Shown: positions 39,401 through 54,400 of the stretch, piece after piece | Position numbering within the stretch: position 1 is the first letter of the stretch | Layout: each line of letters begins with the position of its first letter | Origin: Schmidtea polychroa | Taxonomy: Eukaryota | Length of the DNA stretch: 64,000 bases | Direction of reading: 5' to 3' | NCBI GenBank assembly: GCA_044892525.1 | Contig: CM097885.1 | Location: forward strand, 31,808,001-31,872,000 | Notes under the pieces: generated by a model | The model's database searches: none | Told to the model about the DNA's origin: nothing | What the model saw: the letters and a program-made list of their open reading frames with translations, nothing else | Translations under genes and position numbers: made by a program

Positions 39401-42400
39401 CACAATCTACGATTGGATTATGAAATTCAAACATGGTTGCTAGTCAGTGTTTGATGATGAGAAAGTTGATCGACTGTGTGAAATTTCTAACCAAAAAAAG
39501 GAGGAGTGTTTTCAAATTGTGAAGGAAGAACTCTGAATCACTATCAAGGATATCTCGCCGCGATTGTATGTGAGTACCGGATGTGTGCATGCCATCCTGA
39601 ATGAATCTAGCTTTAAAAAAATGGGCGAAACCCGAAGGGAATGTTGACAGGGAAACCCCATTTTTGATGAACATAGTGACCAATTCCTTATAAATATCAT
39701 AACTGTGACTGAAACCCCTTTAGTTCTGTATATTTCTAAGAGTCTGCGAATGTAAATTCACATGAAAAAACGAATTGTAGGAAGATGAGACCTAGAATAT
39801 GTCATCGGAAATCATCGATATTTACTATTTTTGGAATCAGTGATATAATCTATACGAATTTCATTGAAAAAGGTCTGCGAATTAATCCCACCTAGTACAT
39901 CAACCACGTGATTTCTTTGGCTTCTCCAAGACAACGCCCAAATCCATTTAAATTTGAAAACAATGGTAGTAATTGAGAAAAATGGATTTGTTCTCTTAGA
40001 CTACCTTCACTACAGTCTCAATCTTGCACCCAGCGACTTTTGTCTGTCCAGGCATATGAAAAAACACTTACGATGTAAAATATATCAAAATGTTACAGGT
40101 TTGCAACAGGACGTGGAAACTTTCTTGTTATCATATTTCAATTTTAAAGTGAAGAAGAAAAAACGAGATTATGTTTACTACTTTTTATTCGATTCCAAAA
40201 AATATAACAGAATACACACAACAGAAATATAAAATTATGTTTCACGTGTCATGTTATCCTGACAGAAAATCTTTTCATTTTGTTACAATTTCCAAAAGTG
40301 GTGCAATTAAAAACTGAATGAAGATAATTGAAAGTCTTTGAAAAGACAGATAAAAAGTAAAAAAAAGAATTTTCATTATTTTAAATTAGCCCGAGATAAT
40401 AAAAAAAATACTTTTTTGGAATTCTTGTATCGTTGGGAAAAGTGTATGAATCACAATGGGTCTTATATTGAAAATGAAAGCCTCCAAACCATTGTTGTTC
40501 TTATGGTAAAATATACCGCTCATATTAGTTTCTTTTAGAACCTCGTCCAGGTGTCATTAACGCAATTAAAAAATATATTTTTAATTTTCGATTTAAGCAC
40601 ATTAATTTCAATAATATGCTTAACGTATACTTAAATATACCAATCAACTCTGGTAGTCCAAACGTTAAGTCAGGTTGCATTTTTCAAATATTCTCTAAAA
40701 GATTTAAATCAGGAATTTTTGCAAGCCATTTCAATAATTGCTGTAGTCCATCTGACTTCCACATTAATAAAAATATCAACTTAATAATTAAACTTAAAAT
40801 ATCTTATTAAAAAATAAAATTATTGTTTAAATACTCTTTTTATTCAACAAACATCATAAACAATTCATGCATCTTTCGACATCTCATTCGGTAACTCTCA
40901 TCAAAATCAATAAAAAAATATGCCAAACATTCGAGAAGCTGAAACAATTGTTTTCCTAACTGAGATCTCTCTGTTGATGAGCTTGATTCATCAACACCTT
41001 CTATTCAATCAAAGAAATTTTCCTTAGAATATTAATTCACAATTCTAGAGATTTTCATGATAAAGTTCGTTACGCGAGCCGGATTGACCCATCCATCTTC
41101 AATCGCCAAAAAAGTTAATGATCAAAATTATTCCAGATAAAGATTCCAATACTTTCACATCGTACGATAATGGAGTCGACCTGCCCAAATGTGAGTTTAT
41201 CAACAATCTCAGTCAAATCATCAGATCAAGTACCCATGCGTTCGTGGAAACATTGACATGATCGTTTTCAATGTCATTTTCAAAGTCTTTTTCAATAAAA
41301 ACTTTATGCAAATTATTTTCATTTCTCTACACTAGCAGTTCCAATTTTGTCCAAATGAAGGAAATTCAAAATTTCTTAAAAGATAAAAATAATCCTTATC
41401 AATTTTTTATAATCGATAATTATTTTATTTTATTCAATATATACTTTGCAGCAAAAGTCTTAAATTATCATTTAATTGTTTAACATTTAATTAATGCTGC
41501 TACCAAGAAATCAAATTCTGTTCAAATATATTCAATGAAACTTCTGCTAAAAACGACCAAGTACAGAGCAGAATTCTAAAGTTCGATTTTTTTACAAATA
41601 TTGTCACCAAAAACCAACTTCAGTAAAATATACAGGAGGATTTTCAATGGCTTTTGTATTTCAAATGAAGGTGAATATTCGGAGTTATCTAACGGCTAAA
41701 TCAATAGTTTATTGCCATTTTTATGCGAATTAGTATCTTCAATTCTCTTTAACATGAAAAATAACAAAAACATCGCCAATCACATATTTCACTTTAATTG
41801 TCTTTTTCTTACAAAAAATTTTGATCTGTCAAATATTAGTGCAGTTAAAAAAATAATTCAACGAGGTAAAAATCACTTTTATTTTCTTTATTCATTTCAA
41901 GAGATACAAAATTTACATAAAAAAAACTGAACATAACAAAAAAATTGTGAAATTGCATATATTAGTAAATAATATTGTTATAAAGTAATTATATTATTTA
42001 AAATATTTCCAAATAGCTAATTGATTTTCAGTATATTCTTTCGGTTTAGATTTTTTAACCCTGGTATCATCTGCCGAGTTATGGTTCCTCAACCAAGTTT
42101 TTACATAGGGAACTGCGTTCCAAGTTTCTAATGGACGACCAACTAAGTTTAATGTCATCAAATTTGATACTGTCTGCACTGTTAATCTGGCTCTTATATC
42201 AGCAGTTATGATGTTCATCAATGAAAATCCTTGTCCTGCTTCAGCACTGCCAACGGCAACCGTATTAACTATATTTTTCGCTTTTTGAATGTTTTCTGCA
42301 ATTTTACTAATTTGCTGATAGCCATTGTTTATTATATTTTCTACATAATCACGGAAATCATTCTTATCGATATCAAAATTAAAAACTTTTCGAAATTTAT

Positions 42401-45400
42401 CAAAATTCTTTTCGGCCTCTATCCAGGAACTACAATATCTTCAATTTTCCATGTGCTCGGCTCTAACAAATTGGCTAGCTCACAAATAATGCTATTATCA
42501 ATATTTTTTTTGTTACTATTTGATCCGAGATGAGAGCAATCCATCAATCTTAATTTCATATTTTTTATGATGCTGTCAATAAGGGAATCTCTGGGAAGGT
42601 TTCCATAAATTCTGTTTTCGACGAAGATAATATTTTTGAATGCTTCAGAGTTTATAACTTCATCCACTTTTTTCGTAATGACCGCGACGATCTTTGAGAA
42701 TTTGAAAAGCGTTAATTGTTCTTCTAATCAGTTGATCTCCCCTTGCAACATTTATATTTCTAGCTTGAAGGGCATTAGATAGTAGAGAGCACTCCTGTAG
42801 GATGTCAATCATTAGAGCTAAATCTACTAGAAAACATTTGTTTTGTAGTCGTTTTGCCATTCCTGACATTTTTTGGTTAGAAGAGAACAACGTATACAAA
42901 GCAGGGTAGCTCCGCCATACAGCAAGAGCAGATCTTAGGCTGCACGCAGCCCATCTTGGTCCTAACACTTTTCCAATCTTAATTATTTCAAAACTAAGCT
43001 CCTGGGAAATATTATTCAGTTCTTTTTGGTTTTTATTAGATTGATGAAAAATACAATATATTTTGTCCATGAAAACTTTAAAATGATTAACCTGTTTGAT
43101 ATCGTTTATGGAATCATCTCTTTTATTCGTACGCTGACTCCAGATTTACAACCGAGCATTACGCTAGCACCGTCAGAACAGAATCCTATTAAATTCAGTT
43201 TTAAATAATTTGTATCAAATCCAACAGCAAGCAATACACCCAACAAACTTTGAAAAATAGTATTCGCATCTTGTGCGTCAAGCTCCACAATATCTACGAA
43301 CATTATTGGGGATATTTCAGAAGATTCTACTGTAGAAGATTCTACTTTGATGAAAATTATAAGCGTTGATTTACTGGAAATGGTGGAAGCTTCATCAATA
43401 ACAGTACAAAATTTTAAATTATTCTTAATCGATATAAACAATTCTTTTTTATTTTCTTGCGCGATATGCTCTACTATCTTACTTGCACTATGTCGAGAAT
43501 GAAGTCCGGTTCCAATGTCCAACCCGTTTTGTACTTGAAGCTCTATTACACTTTCTATGTCTGAAAACGGACGGTTTCTTTTCGCTAGGCTGTAAACAGT
43601 GTTGAAGATTCTTGTAGTAGAACTAATAAATTTCTCGTTCATCTTATCGATGCATGATGTAAAAGTTTGTTTCCAAGTATCTTGGCATGTTCAACAGCTA
43701 GTTTGTGTGCTTTTGATGCAAAATGTTCACTCATTTTTTTCCTTAAAGATGCTTGTTGCACTATTTTGTCTTTCCCCGATGTCGTAACTTTACATTTTTT
43801 CCATTCCTGAGATATTAGTTTTGATTCCATTTTTAAACAATACTCACATCCCAATTTCTGATTACTGACAAATAGCCCATCATATTTAATTTTAAACTCC
43901 TTCAACTGTTTCGCATTCCAACAGCTTGGTAAATTATTATTGTCCTCATTTTGGGAACTAGGAATCTCTAGTATTTGTTCCTGTAAAGTTATTGAAACTG
44001 CTTTTGTCTCGGTTATAGTCGACCTGCTATCATTACTTATTGATGTTTCCTCTCTTATTTTTTCGAGAAATATGTGGTTAACATATTTTGTCTCTTCATC
44101 TTCAAAAAATAAAATAGGTATTTAAAAATAAATTATTTAACTTAAAGCAAGAAAATAGTTAATTGAACTTATTAAATTTTATAAAAATCTGCGGTTTTAT
44201 TAGAAATATAATTAACTTAAATGTATAAAAACTGAACAGAACAAAACAAATAATAACCGATAAAATGAAATATTTAGATTGAACTTTTTCAATAGAAATT
44301 AGAAATAGATTTAACTTTTACACATATATCTATCTATGGTAACTTGATAAAATTTTATTTTTTTTAAAATTAACTGAAAGATTTCTATAAAGTAAAAAAT
44401 TAGAATCGCAATGAAAACTAGATAAAATTTTCAAACTGTTTATATAAATTTGCACCAAATGGTAAATAAATTTTGTTTAAATAATTTTTTTTTGCGTATT
44501 TTTTTTTGACAAAGTAAATAATTTTTTTTTCGCTTATTTTAATAGCCGGTTGGTAATTCATTTGATAAATTTTAAAAAAGAAATTACTCTCTGATAGTCT
44601 CTATCAGTTCCTACTCCAAAAAGTGCCCAATTTACTACTTTGTCATACGGCTTTATAAACTTTTTATTTCTTATATCCCATTTCCCACCACGCAAAGGCT
44701 CTGTTCGTTGACCACCAAATATACCTTCTGGCCCATCAAGTACTCTAGCGTCCACACCAATAAGTTGAGGGTTTATTTCTATCATATAATCTTTGAGAAA
44801 TTTATCGCCACTTAAAATCAATTATTATAAATAGAAGCATTATTAATATACAAACCGATTTCCAATTTGCAAAGATGTGATTGCGCTATTTAGTCTATAT
44901 AGCCTGTCAGCGGCAGGTATCGCAGCAGCTTTAATAACTTCTTGAACAATTTTGGGATCAGATTCAAGTACTCTTTGATGAGGAAGCATAGTTAAAAGCT
45001 CTATTGGGACAAATGTAGGCTTATTTGGACTTGTCTAAAATATTTCAAATAAATTAATTTTAACACATCAAAGACGGTATGCTGACATATTACGCTTTCG
45101 GGAAGTATGAAAATATTTTAACATTTTAAACAATTCATTAAGTATTAAATATTTCGATAAGTGAAAGCAAGCTTATTTCAGATAATGAAAAATTACCAAA
45201 AGGATTTGTTTTTAATCAATAACATAATTATCGAATTAAAAAAGAGAGCTTGAAGACTATAAATCAGTAATATATCGATGTTTGTTGATAATCACGAATT
45301 TTCGGCACTGCCTTTTTCAAGTGAATTCGCTTGAAAAAGGCAGTGCCAAAAATTTGTGATTATCAACAAACATCGATATATTACTGATTTATAGTCTTCA

Positions 45401-48400
45401 AGCTCCCTTTTTAATTCAATGGATAAAATAATCAGTGGTGAAATTGGAAAAAATAAAAGTTCTTATAATAATAACATAATTATCCCCTGCACAAGAACAA
45501 TTATCTAACGTTATGACAAATTTCCAATGCCTGATTTATAAAACCTGTCTGATTTCAATAATATAAAGATTTACCAAGTTTCGTTTTACTGCCTCAAAGT
45601 TATGGTATTATTTACACTTGAAAAAGTGAAAAATCGTTAATTATGATGATACAGCATGGTATCATTTCTAATTATAAGATTCAGCCTTTTCCGGATTTAT
45701 TGTTTGAAGTCCATCCCTTTTCTCACTGTATACATTTACAATCACATTTTTCATTTTCATTAGGAAATTCCTTTCCGAATATCTTACAAATAAGGTTGCC
45801 ACCTCAGATTTGGGTCTCACCCGGATAAACTCATTGAAATCCTGAGTCTCCGGGCCAAACCTGGAGAGGTGCCAACCCTAGTCTCTGAATTATAATTAAT
45901 AGAATAGAATTATTACCAGCCTATTATAATCAGCATCAATTTAATTACGTGTAAAGTAACTATCAATATAACTTACCATTTATCATCAATCAACAAGGAA
46001 CACGGATTATCAAATTAGACTAGACTATCATCAATGTAGCACTGACTAAACAGACACAAAAGAGATTATCTATCCACGTGCTTTCACACGTCGTGGTAAT
46101 TTGAACGGTGCAATCGAATGTACGCGTCGATTGTCTCCACAATAGCAATGTTTTGGCGCGAAAGAGTGTTAGTTGTAACGGCTGTTACGAGATGGAGTTG
46201 ACATAATTTTGTGCATATTCAATTTTACTTACGTCGTCCGGAGAAATAATAGTTAAACCTGGAGCCCGGAGAGGGGGAAAGCAGTGTTTAATTATGCGAT
46301 AACCAATCTTTTTAGATTAACACATCGAAACTGATTTCATGAGCAGCCAAAGAGCGGTGTATTTAATTTCACATGTCTCATCTAATGCAATAGAATAATA
46401 CTGGAATGTTTTTTCAATGTTTCTAGAAGATGGTCCCCTATGTGCTCAATTCGTCGTCATTGTAATAGCTGACAAACACACTATATTACTTTTCTTTTTT
46501 CTTAACAAATAATTTCCATAAATTTAACATGCACTTTTTTAAAAAAAACTCACAATCAGTAGATGGTTTCCCAGCCTGGGAAATCAAATATGCTATCTCA
46601 TATCACGAACACCTCTTCATTTTCGTTACTTATTTTCTTAAAAAAAACTTGTCGATGACGCAAAGATCGTTTTAAATTATTTATTTCAATCGTTCTTAGA
46701 CTTCCTAGAAGGCAATCACATTTAACTTTATGCTGTGCGTCATATTGCCGCTTCAAATTATATTCTTTGAAAATAAATGAGCAGTTATTGTAGCTTTAAA
46801 AATTAAACAGTAAGTTTTTTGTTAAATTCTATGAAAAAATAATCATTCGTCCACTGTTCTTTAAAATTTTTTTCTTACAAATAAAAAGCAGCCATATAAA
46901 TATTCAAATTATTATATAAAAGTACAAAATAATCAATATTTATATTAAATTAAATCACACGCAATGAAAACACTCGTCAAAATTTATTTTTCAAATAAAT
47001 TGAAATTATTAATGACAGTAAAATGGCTTAATTAAATATTGTGAAGCTATCTATTTTTTGATGGCTACACTAGATATTAGAGCATTCAAATTAAAAACAA
47101 AGCTAATAAGAGTCGATTTTTTTAATTAAGGATTTTAATATTGGCATATTGGCACACGTTGCCGGCGGCTGGTTTAATTAATTAATTTAATCATATTCTC
47201 TTAACCATCTTGTCATTTGTCACCAGTATCACTTCCTAAATTTACATCTAACATCAAGTGTTTCAAAATAAAACTCAATGATACCCTAAGGTTTCGAATT
47301 TTAAGCTCATGGAAGCCGAGTAATCAACAAGTTTAAGAAGCATTGATTCAGACAATATGAAGTACTTAGGGTATCAATCCATCTTTGAATATAGATTAGG
47401 CCTTTTTATTAATAAAGATATTGGGTAATCCTGATTTACAGTAAGATATTACAAAAAAGTTCTAACTTCAAAATTTTATTATGAAAAAATAATATAAAAA
47501 GAAAAAGTAAAAATATAAAATTTCATCCAGTTACAGTAATAGTTATAAAGAAAAATTAAATTACCTTAACCATAACAAGATTTGGATATTTCAATCTTAT
47601 ATTATATTCTTGTTGAAAATATTGTTCAATAGTTAAGTTTTTTTCAACAATTTTTTCTTCTCTAGCACTTTTAGTAGAAAATCCAAAAATTGTATACTTT
47701 CGCGAATATGGTTTACCTAAGTGTGAAATAAATTAAAAACAAAACCTAACTAAATCATCATGTTTATTGTGCAAGTAAAATTAAATTAATTAAACAACTT
47801 TTTTTAGATAAATGACGACAACGGTTCGTAGGTGCTCACAATTAGTAAAGCTTATTAATTGTCATACGCGTGCTCTGTAATTTCAAATTACTCAAAATTT
47901 TGTATGGAATATGCTGTGTTTTTGTGGAGTGCATAATGCACTCCATAAGTCAGTAACCTATAAATGTGATGCAGTGTTGTTATTTTGAGCATGTACCACG
48001 TAAAACTAGAAACATGGCAACTTTATTAATGTATAATAAAAGTCATAAATGAATTTTTGTGAAGTACTTTGTTTTATCCAGGGCCGGCTCTTCCTTAGGA
48101 CAAAATTGGCATTTGCCAAGAGCGACAAAGAGTTAAGGGTACTCGCTTTGCGTTCAATATTCGAAAATAATTGTTACAAAATGATTTTTTTAAAAGTTAA
48201 TTGTTTTGTATTTTAGGGGTTTTTATTTTTTACTTTCTAAAGTTTTTTTTTAATATTAAATTCATTTCAAAATCAATGTATATATTTCTTTTCATTTGAT
48301 TATATAGGTATACTCGTTTCTTGTTGAAACTATATAAATAAGAAAATAACACGAAAGAATTACGTTAGAATTTTTAATAGCTATTATTTTTATAATGAAA

Positions 48401-51400
48401 AGAATTATATTCTTTTCATTTGTTTATGACGGAGATGCCCGTTATTTTAATTTTTTGAATCGCAAATACAACAATTTATAAATGGTGTTTTAATCCCTTA
48501 GATATGCAAATCAAATTCACTGATGAGAATATAAAGAGTACAAAAAGGGCGCTCCATTACTTATATGCTAAGGGCGTTAAGCGACCTCGAATTGGCACTG
48601 ATATTACCATCTGCATTTGAGTAGCCTGAGGTACATAACTATGTTTGTTAATATATCAATATTAATTTTTCAATTTATAGTGACATAAACAAATAAAGTC
48701 CGCACTAACCTTCACAGAAAAACTTGGTAAACAACCAAATAATCAAAATAAAAATGTGCAAAAAAAGTTCCATTGATTAATGCGTAAAGTTAATGGCCAT
48801 CCTTTCACAATTTTTGAAGACTCTGGCATAAAAGAAACAATAAATTCAATTATGAATGCACTAAAAATATCAGTTGAAAGTCATAATGTAATTTCTCTTG
48901 ATAACGACAAAGCAATGGACATAAGAAACAAAATAAAATCGGAAATATAAAAAAAAATAATTTTAATCAAAATTGATTCTGCTTCTCACAATGGTAGATG
49001 CATTGTAGGAATAAATGCTCAATATATTTTTGACGGAAAAATATAACTACGAACTTCGGACATGCATGAGACTTAAAATCGCGAAACAGGAGTCTACATA
49101 AAAAATCTTATCATCAGTGTTATTAATTGTTATGGCATTAAATTGCATCAAGTTTATTCAATTACGTCAGATAGCGGGAAACATATGATCAAAGCTGTTG
49201 AATTGCTAAAAGACGAGTATGAAAACTTTGAAATGGAAGATAAATTTGACATATATAAAGTTCTCTATCTAATATTGAACAGGAAGGAGCAGAAACATTA
49301 GCATATTTGCACCCAAATATAATTCATTTCGGATGTGTTGCTCAGTGTACAGTTGGCAGCGTTGGATACTATATCTAGACAGTAAATATAATCCAAAAAA
49401 TCGCTGCACACATGAGTAGTAAGAAGTATAAACAAAGTCAACTATACCAGGAAATACAGTTTTACGCAATTGTCATAGAGTATATACCTAGTGAAGGGTA
49501 TTGTATAAAAGTGTGTGTATTCTTTCTGTTATAAAATTCAACACTTTCACTGACATCAAATCACACTAATATCGACAGCCATAACGGAAACTATAACCAT
49601 AATCTCAATTTTGAATTTAAATTCAAACTATTGCTAGTATAACTTCTTGTTGCGAAACAAAATTATTCATATATAAATTCTAAAAAAATATTGGTTTCTT
49701 GTCTAAAATGAATAAAAAATTGAAAATGATAAAGTAATGTTTTTACATTGGTTAAATTGAAAATGAAATTTTATTTGATTAAGTGGGTTTCACTATAAAA
49801 ATTTTTGAAAATGGTAAATCGGCATTTTATGCAATATTCTTAAATAAATTTCTTCAAGCTACAAATACAACAAAAATCATGAATTTTAGATTTTGTTTTC
49901 CCAAAAATTAATTATTTCTTTAATTTCGAGAATTTCCATTTGAACTCAGCCTTTGAACAACATCAATTCAAAACATGTGGATAAACACATCATTTTTGAT
50001 TTCCATTACCTACCAAGGCAAACAATGTCTCTACACTCGAAGCTTATGACCTTGACACATACAGTTTATATGATATTTTTAAATATCATTTATCTTCATT
50101 TCGTTTTTATTCATTATCGATCAATATCTTGTTTTATATTTAACAGGGATTTTCGGCTTTTTAAACTTTCGAAAAAAGCAATATCGAAAATTCGCGTTAA
50201 ATATAAAATAAAGTATTGATCGATAGTTAAACAAGAAATAAAGTTAAAGGAAATTTAAATGTCAATTGTGAAGGAAATTAATTTTTATTGATTTGTAAAA
50301 TAATATAACAAAATCATTTTTGATAAATATTTCCGAAAAACTAAATTGCACTAATGAAAAAAAACCACTTTGGTACAACAATACTCAAACTCATATCTGG
50401 TAAGATAAATACACCACGATAAAAAATATTTACATTCAAAAAATGCGTAATTACTGCTAACAAATTATTGTTCCGGTTTTTGATGAATTTTCTATCCGAT
50501 TATCTGTGGATTTTAATAACAGTTTTTTCAAAAAAAATTTAGAGTTATTTTCAATTGTTAAATTTATTAAATAATTAAATAAATATTGGCAAGATTTAAA
50601 AATCTATTATGTCAATCGCCCATAATTTCTTCTATAATCAAAGATTTTTAATATAGAGAAAATTATTTTATTAAATAATAATTTAACAACAATTATAATT
50701 AATAAACAACTAAAACTCACGAATTTCTTTATTTGCTTTCTCAAAATGAAAGTTTACTTCAAGTATTAACGTAGGAAATATTTCCAATTTCATTTGAATT
50801 TTTTTTTAAATGGGTATCTTTTCTAAGAAGTACATTTTATCGCCTGTTTGCATGCTTGCTGTATTATCGAAATTGTATGCATCATGTTTGTATGTTTCAT
50901 TATTTATTTTTACCTTTTCTTGAAAGCTATAATAAATTGGTAGGTGGAAATGTTAATGAATTTTCAAAACTGAAATGAGTTTGCATGTGTTTCATAATAT
51001 AATTTATTGATTATTCTTTTTTATATTATAAGCGGTTTTATGAATTTCAACGCGGTTACCCTATATTTGTGTAATTAAAAATTATACTAATTAAATCAAA
51101 ATCTAGAGCACATAGATATTTTATACTTAGTTTGATGGGCGGCACCTTAAGATCCAATAATTCCCAAAGGAAATGACTATTTGCTGTTTATTCATTGTAC
51201 CGCGTTAAACTTTTAATTTTATAGCATATAATAAATATAATAATTTTCAAAACTAACCATCTGCGTTTTTTAAATGATTTGCTTGAACTCGAAGTGTTTT
51301 AAGCTTTCTAGTTAACATGCGTATCGTATTAAAATTTAATCGAGACGGATCAATTATTTTTGAAATATAATCATAAAGATTGATGGCCTCATGACAGACA

Positions 51401-54400
51401 ACTTGAGTCTACGTTTGTTAAAAGAAAATTAATAGAGTTATAATTTTTTATAATTCAACTAAATAAATTAAATAGGAATTAATTAAAACTTTTGATAATT
51501 TACAACCACAATCAGTCCTTTACCTATTCTGTATATCAAGGGATGACCAAACTTGAACACAATCAACTAATATCAGTGGACACCTACAATGATTTCTGTT
51601 AAATAACTAACTTATATTTACAAATGGAATTCAAAAAATGAAAAAAACAATTCTTTTGAGCTCCAGAAGAAAAAATTTATACTTGATGTTTTTAACATTC
51701 AATACAATGAGTTATTTAACGTAGAATTGGAAGAAAATGCGCATTGCATAGCTACCATAGAGAATTCCGAATTGTAATTCATACATATTGATAACGATTA
51801 AATTACATTTACAAATGAGTGTCTATTGTCAACTGGAAAGGCAATAATAAAAAACCAGAAACTCTATGTTGCAATAATTTCTTTTATATTAATTTCCGTA
51901 ATCTCACAATGAAACTCAATTTAACCCTAAAATTGGCACACACGATCCACTATTTCATTTTCTATTATTGTAGAATCTGTATCAAGAAAATCACGCATTG
52001 TCAGATTAAGGTCATAACTATATAAAAAAGACAAAAGAGACGTTTTCGAATTGGGAAATTTCCAAAACTCGTACCTAGCCGTTTAGCATATTTGGTATAT
52101 ACATGGTTTTGTATATATCGGAAATTTATCAAGTTATTTCATTTAATTGAGTTACAAGCCGGATTACCAAAGCAAATGAGATCAATCTGCCATTTTTGAC
52201 TTCCTGTTTAGTATATCGTTTTCCTTTTGTATTATATAAATATTATTGTATATTCGTTTGTTTATGGTATGTTGAAATTTTATAATTACATTGCTAGGAA
52301 TATTATTTATATTTAGTTAAATTCTCCACTTATATAATATATTGGAAAATTGACATTCATGACTCGATTAGAATTCAGTAATTTTGAGAATAAGGATATT
52401 TAATCGTTTCCACGAAGATTGCTAATGCTATCAATGATATAAATTTTTCTTTGGTATTTGGAATTATATTTAAATCCCAAGAAGGAAAACTACAAAGACC
52501 ATACTTCAAAATGTGATGAAGGTCGTACCCCCTCAAGTTATGAAAGATAACAGGTAAATGTTTACGAATTTTCCTAGAAAGATTACAGAAACGACAGGCT
52601 GCACCAAGATAACGATTAGAAAGTGATCGTGATCTTTTGTTCAATTTCTAATAGGTTTCTTACAAAGATAACAATTCAAGCAAGTCCTAAAAATTTATTA
52701 TTTGTTTCCTTTATTTTTTGGCTATCTTGCGGTTATACGATTCTACGTTCTGAGTATAAACACTGCTCTCAGAACACATTGTATTTATGCGTTACCTTTT
52801 CATGAGTATAGTCGTCAGTCGAATAGTAAACTCGTAAATAAACTTTCTATTAATCAAATTTAATAGTGAATCCTGGGTTAACTACAGTTAAAATGATTGC
52901 AACGTTTCTTGAGTCATATAAGGAACTAAACATACAAAACTACGACTAGGTAAACTAGTGGCCATAATGCAAAGAACCCGCACTTGTTCAAATGGTTTTC
53001 TACACCTATGACTCTTTACGCTGTGATTTTATTTGGTTTCATCGGCAAATACTATGTTACCCAAACCACCTAGTCGTATTGGATTCCTTTCAAAAAACAA
53101 TCTCATTTTGTTTATGATTATTTTTCTAACTTTCATAATTGATATTTTGGATTCACTTTTTATCAATATATTGTTTCAATATATGAGCTACAATAGATTT
53201 ATTTAGAGTATTTTATAGATTGTGATACTTCCAAGAGAGAAAGATTTCATCCAATTGCATATTTGTTCATCTTTTGTACTTTAATATAATTCCTTTAATA
53301 TGTGATTCATTTATTTAATGATCCAGGCATGTAATTTCATCGATTTTTTAAATTTAAAAATATTTGAATAGAATTAATATTTTCTAAAATAATTCAGGTA
53401 TATTTTTATATTAATAGCATTCGAAATTATATAAAAACTAATTAAGAATTGCAAATGCATTACTAATAAAATAAACAAAAATACTTTGTTTAAATATTAT
53501 TATTCGCCACTTTTTCAGACATTTTTTCAATAATGTTAAAAAAATACAAAGCAAACAATCTCGACCACAAATTAAAATTTCCTATCATGAATCGAACTGT
53601 TAGAAACTAGCTCGATATACAATCGAATCAATCTCAAGACTATGACAGAAGGCTACATTATTATATGCTCAAATTCATATTGGAGATTCTATTTTATTCT
53701 CAATCTAAGACATAATTTTATTACCGAGTTTTAACTCCCACGAAAAGCATCTACAAAAGTCAATATTCTCGACAATATATTTAGTATCAATTGTCCAAAG
53801 TTATCAGATATTGAAGCATATCCAGATCTATCGCACGACTATTACAAACGATTACAGCATACATATTTGAGATCTTATATATTTCATGACCTAGTCTATG
53901 CTATGATTTTGTCTTGGGATTTTAATTCCACTCCGCAGTCCATACACAGATTTTCTAAATCACTGAAAGATATTTGTAAGAAATTCATTATCCTTTTTAG
54001 ACGCAATTAAATTCAAATCTTCTTCAAGCATTTATTTTTATAACAACTTCAAATTTGTGTCGTTTACTAGCGTATTTAAACACCGAGGCGTGATAATTAT
54101 TAATATTAATGTAATTACTGGTCATACATTTAATTGATTTAATTTAATATAATTTAATATAATATGATATAATTTAATATAGAATTTAAATATAAAAATT
54201 TAACAGAAATAATTATTTCTACTAACTGATCTCACTTCTACCATTTAACCATAATAATTTTATATAGGGGTTTACTAACTCCTTACAATCCCGATGAAAG
54301 ATGATTCTTTTCTTTGCTAAATTTGGTGTTTTCGTATTTATGAATTGTCGTTTTAAATGCGACAGCTCAAAAAACTACTGGAGTGAGTCCAGCAGAAATT

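Noticed and set aside
52140..52185. Twister-ribozyme-like GTTACAAGCC motif
   Set aside because: The other conserved twister elements and pseudoknot pairings were not found, and it lies within the pPolB relic.
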